Below are positions 48,801-58,258 of a stretch of 64,000 bases of DNA, piece by piece. The DNA is from a virus (Duplodnaviria > Caudoviricetes), in the IMG/VR virus record IMGVR_UViG_3300030376_006003, positions 1 through 64,000 of that record, one strand, 5' to 3'. The translations under genes were made by a program, and so were the position numbers. How positions within the stretch are numbered: the stretch's first letter is position 1; every line of letters begins with the position of its first letter. The notes under the pieces are model-generated. The model made no database searches, was not told the origin of the DNA, and worked only from the letters and a program-made list of their open reading frames with translations.

Positions 48801-49706
48801 AGTTGGTCCAAGATCTTGTGTAGGAAAATGATTATCAGATACTGGATTACCTATTTTATCATTTTGCCAAAGTATTGTTTTGTTTTGAATACTATTATAT
48901 GCAAGTTCTGCTGCATCATATTCTTCTTGTGAAGGAGCAAGAGTACCACTCAGTTCATTTCTTTTATCAAAACCTAATTCTTTCATTCCTACATCAGCAT
49001 ACTTATCTACTTGTTTAGGAGTAAACTGAATTAAATTATTTTGAACTTGTTCTTCAAAAACTTTATAAGGTATTTTATACTTGTTTACATCGTCTACATT
49101 AGCAGGCACTGTTGCTATTACATCATCTATTGATTTTTTTAATACTGCTTTATCTGCTAAATTATCTACGTTATTTGAGAATTGTATTAAAGTATTAATA
49201 TTAACATTTCCACGCTTGTCAGTATTACGTAATATGCTGTTATCTCCCATTAAGGAGTTTATTTGTAATCCTCCTTTATTTTGTATACCATGTTTATTTA
49301 TATACCAATCCCATTCTTCAAAAGTTTTTGGTCTAACGCTAAGATCTGGCACGTTAAAAAGGTTTGGTTTATCTAAAATAGATGGAGGAGGAGTTCCAAA
49401 TATACTTGGAAATGTATTTTGTCCCCAATTTATAATTGGTCTTATTACATTTTTAGCATCTTTTACTTTTCTTACTTTATCAACTCCACCAAGCATTTGA
49501 TACTTGGGTAAAGGTATCTCATATACATCATTACCTGGAAACTTATATTCACCACCTGGCATCATTATCTGTTGGTTACCTTCATCGTCTATACCCAAAA
49601 CAGGATAATTAACTCCTTTCATAGTTATATTTCCATCTGCATCTGGAATTAAAGTATTTTTCCCAGGATGAGCCCACTGTCCATTTTTGTCTTTTATAAA
49701 TGTCAT
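45855..49706 (-). CDS. Putative virion cargo polyprotein with EIQSD domain, LysM and lysozyme-like domain
   Basis: GHTRF...ILEIQSD; LysM YKVKSGDTKSDISEKY...MWVGDQILV; lysozyme-like IGHLETG...ALGRFGI...IAALHRAG; about 5 motif copies. Confidence 0.7.
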   Translation of the reverse strand: MTFIKDKNGQWAHPGKNTLIPDADGNITMKGVNYPVLGIDDEGNQQIMMPGGEYKFPGNDVYEIPLPKYQMLGGVDKVRKVKDAKNVIRPIINWGQNTFPSIFGTPPPSILDKPNLFNVPDLSVRPKTFEEWDWYINKHGIQNKGGLQINSLMGDNSILRNTDKRGNVNINTLIQFSNNVDNLADKAVLKKSIDDVIATVPANVDDVNKYKIPYKVFEEQVQNNLIQFTPKQVDKYADVGMKELGFDKRNELSGTLAPSQEEYDAAELAYNSIQNKTILWQNDKIGNPVSDNHFPTQDLGPTYGHTRFFSIDGKTFNILEIQSDEFQRPLLAKLKKSNEYVIEAQNKIDAKQYKIDNFVPDQNSIMPDNQQWQNYTSQAREEIKYLKSSLKDAESNRDKIQALLQSRSDVQTAQLKNLEKNHSRRLFSETIGYALDNNYQTVRFPHASTVATIEGFGGGQASLADRLENPWTLENIAEYEKAINSMNTGNTYGHTTVAKRHGPFVSIPKEVNSVYSLDNSPRITHEEKGWAPKKTTKPRRDVYADDASYRESLYKSGWSDAEIDAYTANIGHWKNNHIALDNDGRYTINTRSSVRTGDDETMEHLEIPVETAKNLQAGTYHIQDDGSWKFIGEHNDPNTKKYINDIREIKHIEKPYEKKPFDISSYGKSYQTILKKYTEKEFNKLMKGTFGKEYNYKEIRDDQGNIWYEFEIPHDYKIGSGPIKAFQLGGQIKAYENGGAVDYSDTEEVTINGKTYYRYKVKSGDTKSDISEKYNLWNEQGILNSVNSNFSDIKDQPNYAKNINRMWVGDQILVGGPDFDKHVEYSTARKKYKDSFKNISEDELWSTISAIGHLETGSLVKYKKPEGRVYVTGKDLDEFGNTIPGGQYDLDNHPFLGQYESGMDDAYSHVSSADALGRFGIKIEHLNKYGKDVLGYKEEQDWKANYLNNKDDQRKLMQYLITDVYPQEILQIRHSYPEASSQYSDFQLIAALHRAGQPELRDQLSKGEFSKESVKGDISVGGYTERVNRYLNPDLDVSKSPFFMESHDLREPFKNIPTYKFGGSINVKDEVIGDMLENGAFLPKFKMGSEKSIEGMLGKYKIKKGYDDDVQLPYIEYNVQTENIEDNKIYYDNNDIVDITKQKQEQKRFFSRMKDIVTRYNKGETITQAEKNEMENFGLLDNKPKAEVKVKDRVAPMKYGGASMPLSDINVSKDLFNKTDGNNYGLSLASQILLYETRVNGILDKDKKFNKLKSIYNRLNTIYYNEAKASKMTVLDYMKSLNN

Positions 49707-52700
49707 TATCTACTTGATGCGTTTAGTTTTGTATTATTTAATCTTAATAACATCTTCTTATCTCCTGAAACTAATCTTCTTAGTACAACATGATTATAAT
49801 AGTGTCTAAACTTCTTTCTTTCAAATGAAGATTTCAAAAGATTTATATTAGCCATATTTAAATCTCTTATATAACCATTTAATCTTGTTAGGTATATAGT
49901 ATTTTCTACTCCTGTAAATTCTCCTCTATCATTAGTAACATCCCAGAATTGGTTGAATCTATATTTCTGTTCTTCCTTACTGTATAATATATTTATATCA
50001 TTAGCATTGATTATAGGATAAGTAGTTATTAAAGGTGCATTATTTTTTGGAGATAAATCTAGTTTTAATAAACCGGATGTCTGTTCTGAATTATAAATCT
50101 CTGCTTCATCAAAGTTAAAATCTAATACATGGAATCTATCTCTACTGTCATTTTTATATACAAATGATTCTAATGAATATTCAACGCTTCTAAGAGTAGT
50201 TACTGTTTGACCTGAAGTTTCAAGTAAGTCAATTTCCCAAGGATAATCTACATCATAGAAATTAGCAAACTTATCTGTTCTTGCATTATGTCTCCATATT
50301 CCAGCTATATCATAATTAGGTGGTATACTATCTGAAAAGTCATAGTTGCATATTAAAGGATTACTTTGATCATTACATACTCCAGTTTCCCAATTCATGT
50401 TTGTACCATACCCTGGAGTACCTTCACAACTACATATTTGTCTTTCACAGGTAGGCCATAGGCCGGCACCACATGTACCAACTAATGAATAAGGAGGAGA
50501 AGCTGTTGGACATTCACAATCTCCCTTAATACATAGAGGTGTTTCAGTTTCACTACAATTACCAACTTTTTGATATGTATTATCAGGACATTCACATACT
50601 ATTGGTGGAGTACATGATTGAGCTACTATTACATCAGCTATATCCTGTGCATCTTGAGGATCATCAAATGTAGCTTGATAAGTATTAACACCTTCACCAT
50701 TACTTGGATTATAATTAGGTCCTGTACTGTCGTAATTTGCTCCATAATCTAACAGCTGTTGTGTAGTAGGACTACCGCTTGGATCTAAAATTACAGAATA
50801 TACTTCTAAATCAGAGTAAGCAGGATTATTAAGAACATTATTTATAAACCACTGTTCATTAGATCCAATTGTCCAGGATCCTAAACCTCCTTCATTTAAG
50901 GTTACAGTTGGCGTTACTACATCTAGGTCTGCTGGAGTCCATCCAAATGGTAAATCAGTATTAGAATTAAAGGTTTGATCAAAACCAGGACCAGCACAGT
51001 GACCATCAGCACCATCAGCTGCAAGAAATAGTTTCTTAGGTACACCTGGTCTTGAATTTGGTCCATATAATATAGCTAATGCATGCCAAAGACCACCAAC
51101 CGTATCTGTACCACAAGGTGTATCTGGTGTGTAACCAGGGTCATATGTATTTGCTCCAGTACCAATATGATAACCTGTTCCAGCAACAGTGCCATTACCT
51201 GGTGCATGAGGACCTGTATTATTTATACGGTCTGTCAACTCTTGTTCAACACTTGTTAAATCTTGAAGTTCGTTATCATTAAAACCAGTAAATGAACCTC
51301 CACCATTTTGTAGACCACCACCAAATCTTACAAATCCCATCCTGGTATTACCAAGAGCAAGTGAAGCTGAGAAACTGTTTACTATACCTGTACCAAAGGC
51401 TCTCATATTATCTACATTATCATTATTAGCCACACTGTTTGATGCATCTAAACATAGTACAGCATCAAATTCACATTGAACAGCACCGGTATAGCTATTA
51501 CTTGCACTAATTGAAACAGAGGTATTAGTTGCTACTATTATATCATCAATAAGGTTTGCTGGTTGAGAACCTACAGCACTTATCTCACACATATCTGTAA
51601 CTCCATTGTATGTATATCCTGGAGGACATATTGGTGTTGCTGATATACTTTTCTTAGTTGTTAAGAAATGATTTATACTATTAAATGCTAGTTCAGGATG
51701 CCAGTCATGGAATGAGATCCAAGCTTTAGCTTTAGGATCAAAACTAACTGTCCAAGAAATATCCTCAAAATAATCTGTGTCAGTTAAATCAACTGGTACC
51801 ACAGTCCATCCATCATTATATTGAAACTGCCCATTTTGATAAGACATATCAGCAGCTTTACTTGCAAGTGGTTTATAATCTCTTTTTGAGAAATATACAA
51901 TATCATTATTAGGATCATATATTGCTTGTACTCCTGCACCAATTACAGGATTGTCTACATATCTTGGATGTTCTTCTATTTCTGGAAAAGCTTTTAATAA
52001 TTGAGATGGTAGATATTTATTGAACCACCACTTCATACCTAGATCAGATATAGCCTCTATACCTTTACCTGAATATTTAAATATTTTACCTTGAGCTTGT
52101 GATACAAAGAACATACCTGCTGGTGTTTGTACAACACTTCTTGAACTCTCACATGATCCATATTCATGAGATACATTAGAGTTTGATACTTGTTGGAAAG
52201 TTTGACTAAATAAACCACCATCACCAATAGTTAATTTATTACCTGACTTAGCCATTTCTATTTGATCTGTTCCTTGAAATAATTGTGGAGATAATGTAGG
52301 GAATAATATTAAAGCTCCTGTTTGATTAGTAGGTACTATTGTATTAACTGTAGATTTAAAGTCTCTAAAATTCTCTGGTAAGAATGTTCTCCAATGGTCT
52401 GATCTTTCATCATTCTTGAATTGTTTTAATGATTTTGTATGAACTCCTACTGAAGGTAATGAGTATAATAATCTTTTAGGGTATTTAGTAAAGCAAGTTT
52501 CTGAAACTATTGGATCATACCATCTAGGTTGTATATTACCAAATGATGCTGTCCAGAATCTACGTATATTAAGAGACTGATCATATTTATAGAAGTTATC
52601 TCCTGATATATGATCTTTATGGAATAGTTCATGATAATCTGTATATCCTAGATGATCATAATGTTTTTTTCTTTTTACATCTTCCCAATCTCTAAAGCTA

Positions 52701-55700
52701 AGATTCATATCTGATTCAACAAAGAAATCTTGTATACCACTATTATGTGTATACATATAACCTAAGTTCTCTATAAATAAACCTCCTGTTCTTTTAACTC
52801 CGTCATCTGGTCCACCTGGATCATTAACTGTGGCACTATAATTATCTCTATCTGAACCTATATCACTAGTTCTAGGGGGAGCCCCACCTTTAGTTAATAA
52901 ATAATGATTAGTATTTCTATAACAACCATCTGGATCTAAACCATTAGCTCTATCTTCTGATCCTGGACGACAGAATTTATAACCACTACCAACACAATCT
53001 GTCCAACTACCAGGGTTACTGGTCCCATTAGCATCTGAACCACCACCATTTACATTAAGTGATCCTCTTTCAAAATCAACCCAACCTGCCCATCCTGACT
53101 CATTTACTGTATAGAATTCATTATAATATATAAAGTCTCTTGGATCATCTTCTGGCCAACAACTATCTACCCAACTTCCTCCACCTAAAGTACAACTTCT
53201 TTTATCTTTAATTGTATCACTTATAACTCCTGCTATAGTACATTCACCATTGTGGTTACATGATCCTCCAGGAAAACCTGGATATGCTGGAGTATTATAG
53301 GCAGGATTTCCAATAACTCCTGTATCAACACTATTAGCTACAGGATATAAAAATTCACCCGCATTCCAATCATATAAAGCTTTAAATGTTCTAACTACAC
53401 CTGAAAAATCAAAAGTCTTTGGAATAGAAGGTTGATGCATATCACCTTCAGGACGTACTAAATCTAACCAGTGGTCACTAGTACTTGATATACAATCATC
53501 ACCTTCCCAATTTATTAATGGAGTATCAAATTGATGACTTCTATGTCTAGCTTGTATACCAATTGCTACTTCTCTTTTTCTTGCAGGTTCAAGAGCTGAT
53601 GAAGGTGCTGTATACCCTGCAGCAACATACCAAGCTGCAGTTTCTCCAGGATGACTAATCCATTGAGTTTTACCTACACCATTTATCTCCCATGATTTAT
53701 CATCTAAATAATTAAAGACTGTTGCCATAATTTTACTTGATGAAGGAATCTTTACAACTTGTAAATGGAAGTTTGCCTCTTCAAAGTAGTTTGCAACTTC
53801 ACCACCAGAATTGTCTCCAAAAGCATTATATCCCATAAGATCACAGTCAATGGCTGTTGGTTGATCTAAATGATACATGTCAGATGGAAACGCCTCATCA
53901 AACTTAAAACTTAAATTTGTTATTGGTCTAACAAACTCTTCCATGCGGTACTTCTCTGTATTCATCCAGTATCTAGGAAAAGGTATGTTAGAGTAATATC
54001 TATAATCAAAAGGCATTCCGTCAGGGCCTTCTTTCATAAAATCAAACCAGAATGGCATTGTAACTTTTTCTGTATATCTTGATATATAAGTATCTCCTCC
54101 AAATAATGGTCCTGTATTAAATCTAGTATTAGTAGTTATATCATTTGTCATATCCTTAAATCTGAAAGGTTGTGACATTGGTGTAAATAAGACACTGTCT
54201 AATTGACCATATTGATTATCATTATCTACTTTTAATCCTACATAATGTGCAGCAATATTAGATTTAACTAAACCTGTAGGAGTCCACCAACTTACTGTAC
54301 TATTAGTTCCGTCTGCTGCACATTGTGCACCACCAATAACAAATTTTGAATCATCTAAGTTATTCCAGTTTCCTGGTGTATCTACACTGGTGTTAGTATT
54401 AATAACAACAGTAGAAGGTCTATGTAAATTATTTACAGCAACATCATCTATATATTGGATACCTTGTTTAATATACCTAGCTTTATTTATTTGATGTCTA
54501 TATGTAGAAGTACATTCTCCTGGTAATAAACCTTGACCTCCTATACACGTTCCTGCAGCAAATGGTCCATAATCACTATAGAATCCATGTGAGTTATATT
54601 TAAAAGCATAGTCTTGATAATCCACCATTTTAAGAATAAGATCTATAATCTTATCTCCACCTATAGCAACATAATTTAAGAAAGTTAATACACCTGTAAT
54701 CATTGAAAATAATGTAGGAGTACTTGTGAAATCACTCCCTACATATTCAATACTTTTATTAGGTCCAATATGACCAGCCATAAGTCCTGTAGTTCCTGTC
54801 TCAATCATTTGATAAATAGGAGTACCAATTTGTCTTGCTAATTTACCAGCACCAAATACAGAGGCTACATCTACAACAGTATTAAATGCTATATCTGCTA
54901 TAGCTCCAACAACTACTCCTGGAATATTTAATAGTACGTTTACTGCTGCTGCTGCTGTACCAGTACCTGGCATAGGAGTCATACCTGATCCTACTGCCAT
55001 TGTTTCCCCTGATGATTGAGATCTTGCTGTATTAATTTTTACATTTCTTTTACCTCTCATGTGGTTAAGTGCATAACCTACACCAATAATTGCTGCAATT
55101 AATACAGCTTTATTTTTAAGAAGTTTAGCTCCTGGGTGATCTTCTGACTTTTTAAAGTTTCCTTCTGCTCTACCTGTTAAAGTTTTATATACTACCATTT
55201 CAGATGGAGCAAGATACATCTGTGTAAAGTTAAGATCAGGAGAATGGAATGTATGATAATCTCTTGTAAATTCATTCAACGCTCTATTGTCATCTACCAT
55301 ATGAATTGTTGCATCATCCGTTGGTCCAAAAAGACTTCCTCTTCCTGTTATCCAATTACTTTCTACAGGATCACCACCAAATAAACTTGCCAACCAAGGG
55401 CTATCTGTAGTGCTAGCATCACCGTTTCCTCTATGTATTAAATATGGATCAAATGCTGTATCATTATATGGATAGTTTGCAAATAAACCCCATTTAATAT
55501 CACTACCTGTAGCTAAACTTGTTGCATTTGCTAAAGCTTCTCTAGGACCTTCTGTATCATCTAATGCAGAATTTTCTCCTGCAGATTGACCTGGTTCTAA
55601 AAGACTTCTTGTATGTTCATATCTTTCATAGGTCATCATATTTCTTATAATACCTTTTGCTATGATAGATTTATTACCATCCCTGTTTCCTACAAGTATT

Positions 55701-57367
55701 TCATATCCTGCAATATTAGGTATTATAGTTCCGTCATTATATCTTGGTGCAGCAATGTTAGAAAATTGAGCACCTAATATATTTATGTGTGTTGCACAAT
55801 TTTCAACACATGGTGTTGTTACAGTAGAGTTAGTTGCTAGTCTAGTTGATACATCTGTATTTTCATCAGGCATTTTATGATGTCTGATAGGTTTACCACA
55901 TAGATCAGGAGCACCTACAGCAAAAGTATCATTATATCTTTCAGGATCTGTAGCAGGATATTTTTCACTAGCAGCTTCCCAATAACCCATATTACCATAA
56001 GCAGTTAATACTCCACCATCATCTAAAGTTCCTGTTAAAGCTCCTGTATATGATGCTGTATTTATTACTTTAAAGTTTTTAGCTACCCCATCCCAAGTAT
56101 TAGTACCAACATAAGGGTCAGTTTCATTTCCTACTGGTGCTCTACCAGGTATGTGATATGCTTTAGATTTTTCTCCTGTATTATAAAAGAAACGTATAAA
56201 GAATGTATATACTTCATCTCTTAAGAAAGTTGGTTTGTTACCCCCATCTTTATAGTAATTTGAAGGATAGCTAGCAGAAACCCATTCCGTTATAATATCA
56301 TTAGCTAATGGTTGATAATTAAAATCAAATTGCTCTGTAGGTTGAGATCTTATTAAGTAATCATTAACTTCATACATTCCTGATGATTTTTCATATGCAG
56401 GATTTCTCAATAATAATCTTGATGATTTAACTTTTTCTAAATCAGGATCTAAATAATCAATATTTAATGTTGTAGTTTCAGTGCTATAGTAACCTAGTAT
56501 ATATGATACGTAACCATTATGAACTCTTGTTCTTACAACAACCTGCATGAATTCAAACTCCTTATCAATACCTGAGAATTTAACATCTAATGATCCTCCA
56601 TTATTTTCATGAGACCATAAGGATTGTAGATTAGACTGACCAAGGTAGTCTCCTATAATTTGATCATTAATAGAATATGCCACAAATACCTGATACATAC
56701 CATTAGGTAATTGACCGCCTTCATTAGCTTTTGTTAACTTTATAGTAGGAGTATCCAACAGCGGTGCTAATCTTATCTTTTCACAATCTAACTGTAAAGG
56801 TTCAAAGTTTACGTAAATTGCACAATCCTCTCCAGGAGTTGAATTATATGTTAAATAAGGAATATCATTAAGATTAATTGTTCTTGAAGGATTATACCCA
56901 TCATCCCAATATATTTGCCATGAGCAATCAAAGTTTTCTTTTGAAACTCCTATTATAAGATTATCTTTATGGAAATTTAAACAAGTATCATTTATGAGTG
57001 TTGTATATGTACATGTGCTGTCATCAAATTCACCTATCTCAGAAGCTTTATCATTTACAGGATTTCCATTAGCAGGATTTCTTTCTTCATTGTCTGTAGA
57101 AAATATAATCCACTTGTCTCCATAAAGATGTATCCCTCCTATAACAGTGTATGGAATTTCAGCACATAGTAGGTTTGCAGGCTCATTACCAATAACACCT
57201 GTATCACCGTCTATTGAGTTATTTATTGCATTTCTAGCATGTGACCAATTCTTCTTATCTAAATAAGTAGCGTGTGTATCTTTGATCATACCCTTCATTG
57301 GTAGATTAGTATCTACACTAGATGTTGAAGGATTTTTCTTAGCAGGTTGATTCTTTTTCTTTGCCAT
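49706..57367 (-). CDS. Tail stabilization / muzzle-like protein with inserted vWA and Cys-rich region
   Basis: GMIKD...WSHARNA N-terminus and WTVSFDP..KAWISFHDWHP resemble crAss-like tail stabilization proteins; follows the ring proteins; vWA MIDAS LDASNS. Confidence 0.7.
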   Translation of the reverse strand: MAKKKNQPAKKNPSTSSVDTNLPMKGMIKDTHATYLDKKNWSHARNAINNSIDGDTGVIGNEPANLLCAEIPYTVIGGIHLYGDKWIIFSTDNEERNPANGNPVNDKASEIGEFDDSTCTYTTLINDTCLNFHKDNLIIGVSKENFDCSWQIYWDDGYNPSRTINLNDIPYLTYNSTPGEDCAIYVNFEPLQLDCEKIRLAPLLDTPTIKLTKANEGGQLPNGMYQVFVAYSINDQIIGDYLGQSNLQSLWSHENNGGSLDVKFSGIDKEFEFMQVVVRTRVHNGYVSYILGYYSTETTTLNIDYLDPDLEKVKSSRLLLRNPAYEKSSGMYEVNDYLIRSQPTEQFDFNYQPLANDIITEWVSASYPSNYYKDGGNKPTFLRDEVYTFFIRFFYNTGEKSKAYHIPGRAPVGNETDPYVGTNTWDGVAKNFKVINTASYTGALTGTLDDGGVLTAYGNMGYWEAASEKYPATDPERYNDTFAVGAPDLCGKPIRHHKMPDENTDVSTRLATNSTVTTPCVENCATHINILGAQFSNIAAPRYNDGTIIPNIAGYEILVGNRDGNKSIIAKGIIRNMMTYERYEHTRSLLEPGQSAGENSALDDTEGPREALANATSLATGSDIKWGLFANYPYNDTAFDPYLIHRGNGDASTTDSPWLASLFGGDPVESNWITGRGSLFGPTDDATIHMVDDNRALNEFTRDYHTFHSPDLNFTQMYLAPSEMVVYKTLTGRAEGNFKKSEDHPGAKLLKNKAVLIAAIIGVGYALNHMRGKRNVKINTARSQSSGETMAVGSGMTPMPGTGTAAAAVNVLLNIPGVVVGAIADIAFNTVVDVASVFGAGKLARQIGTPIYQMIETGTTGLMAGHIGPNKSIEYVGSDFTSTPTLFSMITGVLTFLNYVAIGGDKIIDLILKMVDYQDYAFKYNSHGFYSDYGPFAAGTCIGGQGLLPGECTSTYRHQINKARYIKQGIQYIDDVAVNNLHRPSTVVINTNTSVDTPGNWNNLDDSKFVIGGAQCAADGTNSTVSWWTPTGLVKSNIAAHYVGLKVDNDNQYGQLDSVLFTPMSQPFRFKDMTNDITTNTRFNTGPLFGGDTYISRYTEKVTMPFWFDFMKEGPDGMPFDYRYYSNIPFPRYWMNTEKYRMEEFVRPITNLSFKFDEAFPSDMYHLDQPTAIDCDLMGYNAFGDNSGGEVANYFEEANFHLQVVKIPSSSKIMATVFNYLDDKSWEINGVGKTQWISHPGETAAWYVAAGYTAPSSALEPARKREVAIGIQARHRSHQFDTPLINWEGDDCISSTSDHWLDLVRPEGDMHQPSIPKTFDFSGVVRTFKALYDWNAGEFLYPVANSVDTGVIGNPAYNTPAYPGFPGGSCNHNGECTIAGVISDTIKDKRSCTLGGGSWVDSCWPEDDPRDFIYYNEFYTVNESGWAGWVDFERGSLNVNGGGSDANGTSNPGSWTDCVGSGYKFCRPGSEDRANGLDPDGCYRNTNHYLLTKGGAPPRTSDIGSDRDNYSATVNDPGGPDDGVKRTGGLFIENLGYMYTHNSGIQDFFVESDMNLSFRDWEDVKRKKHYDHLGYTDYHELFHKDHISGDNFYKYDQSLNIRRFWTASFGNIQPRWYDPIVSETCFTKYPKRLLYSLPSVGVHTKSLKQFKNDERSDHWRTFLPENFRDFKSTVNTIVPTNQTGALILFPTLSPQLFQGTDQIEMAKSGNKLTIGDGGLFSQTFQQVSNSNVSHEYGSCESSRSVVQTPAGMFFVSQAQGKIFKYSGKGIEAISDLGMKWWFNKYLPSQLLKAFPEIEEHPRYVDNPVIGAGVQAIYDPNNDIVYFSKRDYKPLASKAADMSYQNGQFQYNDGWTVVPVDLTDTDYFEDISWTVSFDPKAKAWISFHDWHPELAFNSINHFLTTKKSISATPICPPGYTYNGVTDMCEISAVGSQPANLIDDIIVATNTSVSISASNSYTGAVQCEFDAVLCLDASNSVANNDNVDNMRAFGTGIVNSFSASLALGNTRMGFVRFGGGLQNGGGSFTGFNDNELQDLTSVEQELTDRINNTGPHAPGNGTVAGTGYHIGTGANTYDPGYTPDTPCGTDTVGGLWHALAILYGPNSRPGVPKKLFLAADGADGHCAGPGFDQTFNSNTDLPFGWTPADLDVVTPTVTLNEGGLGSWTIGSNEQWFINNVLNNPAYSDLEVYSVILDPSGSPTTQQLLDYGANYDSTGPNYNPSNGEGVNTYQATFDDPQDAQDIADVIVAQSCTPPIVCECPDNTYQKVGNCSETETPLCIKGDCECPTASPPYSLVGTCGAGLWPTCERQICSCEGTPGYGTNMNWETGVCNDQSNPLICNYDFSDSIPPNYDIAGIWRHNARTDKFANFYDVDYPWEIDLLETSGQTVTTLRSVEYSLESFVYKNDSRDRFHVLDFNFDEAEIYNSEQTSGLLKLDLSPKNNAPLITTYPIINANDINILYSKEEQKYRFNQFWDVTNDRGEFTGVENTIYLTRLNGYIRDLNMANINLLKSSFERKKFRHYYNHVVLRRLVSGDKKMLLRLNNTKLNASSR

Positions 57368-57370
57368 TTT

Positions 57371-58258
57371 TTACACGTTTGTAGGTGTGCTCTTAAACAT
57401 ATTATAATAATTATGATATTGAGCTTTTCTATTTTTTTCCCATAGTGTTTTTAATTGTGCAAAATCTGGAGTATTCACAAATGATAATGCATTATTTCTT
57501 GCAGCTCTAAGTTTATTCTGCATAAAAGATAATTGATTAACAACATTCTCACCAGCAAACATCATGTTTTCTAGGATTCTTTCTTTCAATGCATACTCAT
57601 AATATTCATTACAATATGGATGATCTAATACTAACAGATCTCCATTTTCATCTTCCATTGCCCCTTGATAACTTATATATATTTTTCCTGATTTAAAGTT
57701 TGTTATAAGAAATCCATCTCTAATTTCAACATCATCTGCTCCTTGATATACAGGACATTCGTCACAACTGTCTCCCTGATTATCTTTAATGTTAATAGGA
57801 ATCATGTAGTTATAAATTCTATATATATCAGGATTTACTTTTTGAACTAACATTAATTCATTACCATCACAATCTTTTTCAATAACACATACGTTATCAC
57901 ATTTTGCTGTAGGATCATCACATGGTCCTGTATAACCTGGTTCTAATTTATAAGTTGCTTTATTTACAGCCTCTGTATTTGTCCCACTTGGCATTACAGT
58001 TTTTGTCTTATATGTACCACAGAGAGATCCATAGTTCAATACGTTAAAATCAGAAGGTAGTTTACCCTTACTATTTTCTATATCAACTATAGCATTTTTT
58101 GTTCTTTGTATCTTAAGACCTAAATCATAATTGCATCTTACAGCAACTTTAATTAATTGTTGAGGTTCTATCATTCCTTCTAGAGCATATGTTCTAAAAT
58201 CTACAGTAACATCTTCTAGTAGTTGATTAAAAGTTCTATATTTATGTGATACACTCAT
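57371..58258 (-). CDS. Putative tail ring / head-tail adaptor protein
   Basis: Synteny (IHF-like, ring, ring, stabilization); IRDGFLITNFKSGKIYISY...DENGDLLVLD. Confidence 0.6.
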   Translation of the reverse strand: MSVSHKYRTFNQLLEDVTVDFRTYALEGMIEPQQLIKVAVRCNYDLGLKIQRTKNAIVDIENSKGKLPSDFNVLNYGSLCGTYKTKTVMPSGTNTEAVNKATYKLEPGYTGPCDDPTAKCDNVCVIEKDCDGNELMLVQKVNPDIYRIYNYMIPINIKDNQGDSCDECPVYQGADDVEIRDGFLITNFKSGKIYISYQGAMEDENGDLLVLDHPYCNEYYEYALKERILENMMFAGENVVNQLSFMQNKLRAARNNALSFVNTPDFAQLKTLWEKNRKAQYHNYYNMFKSTPTNV

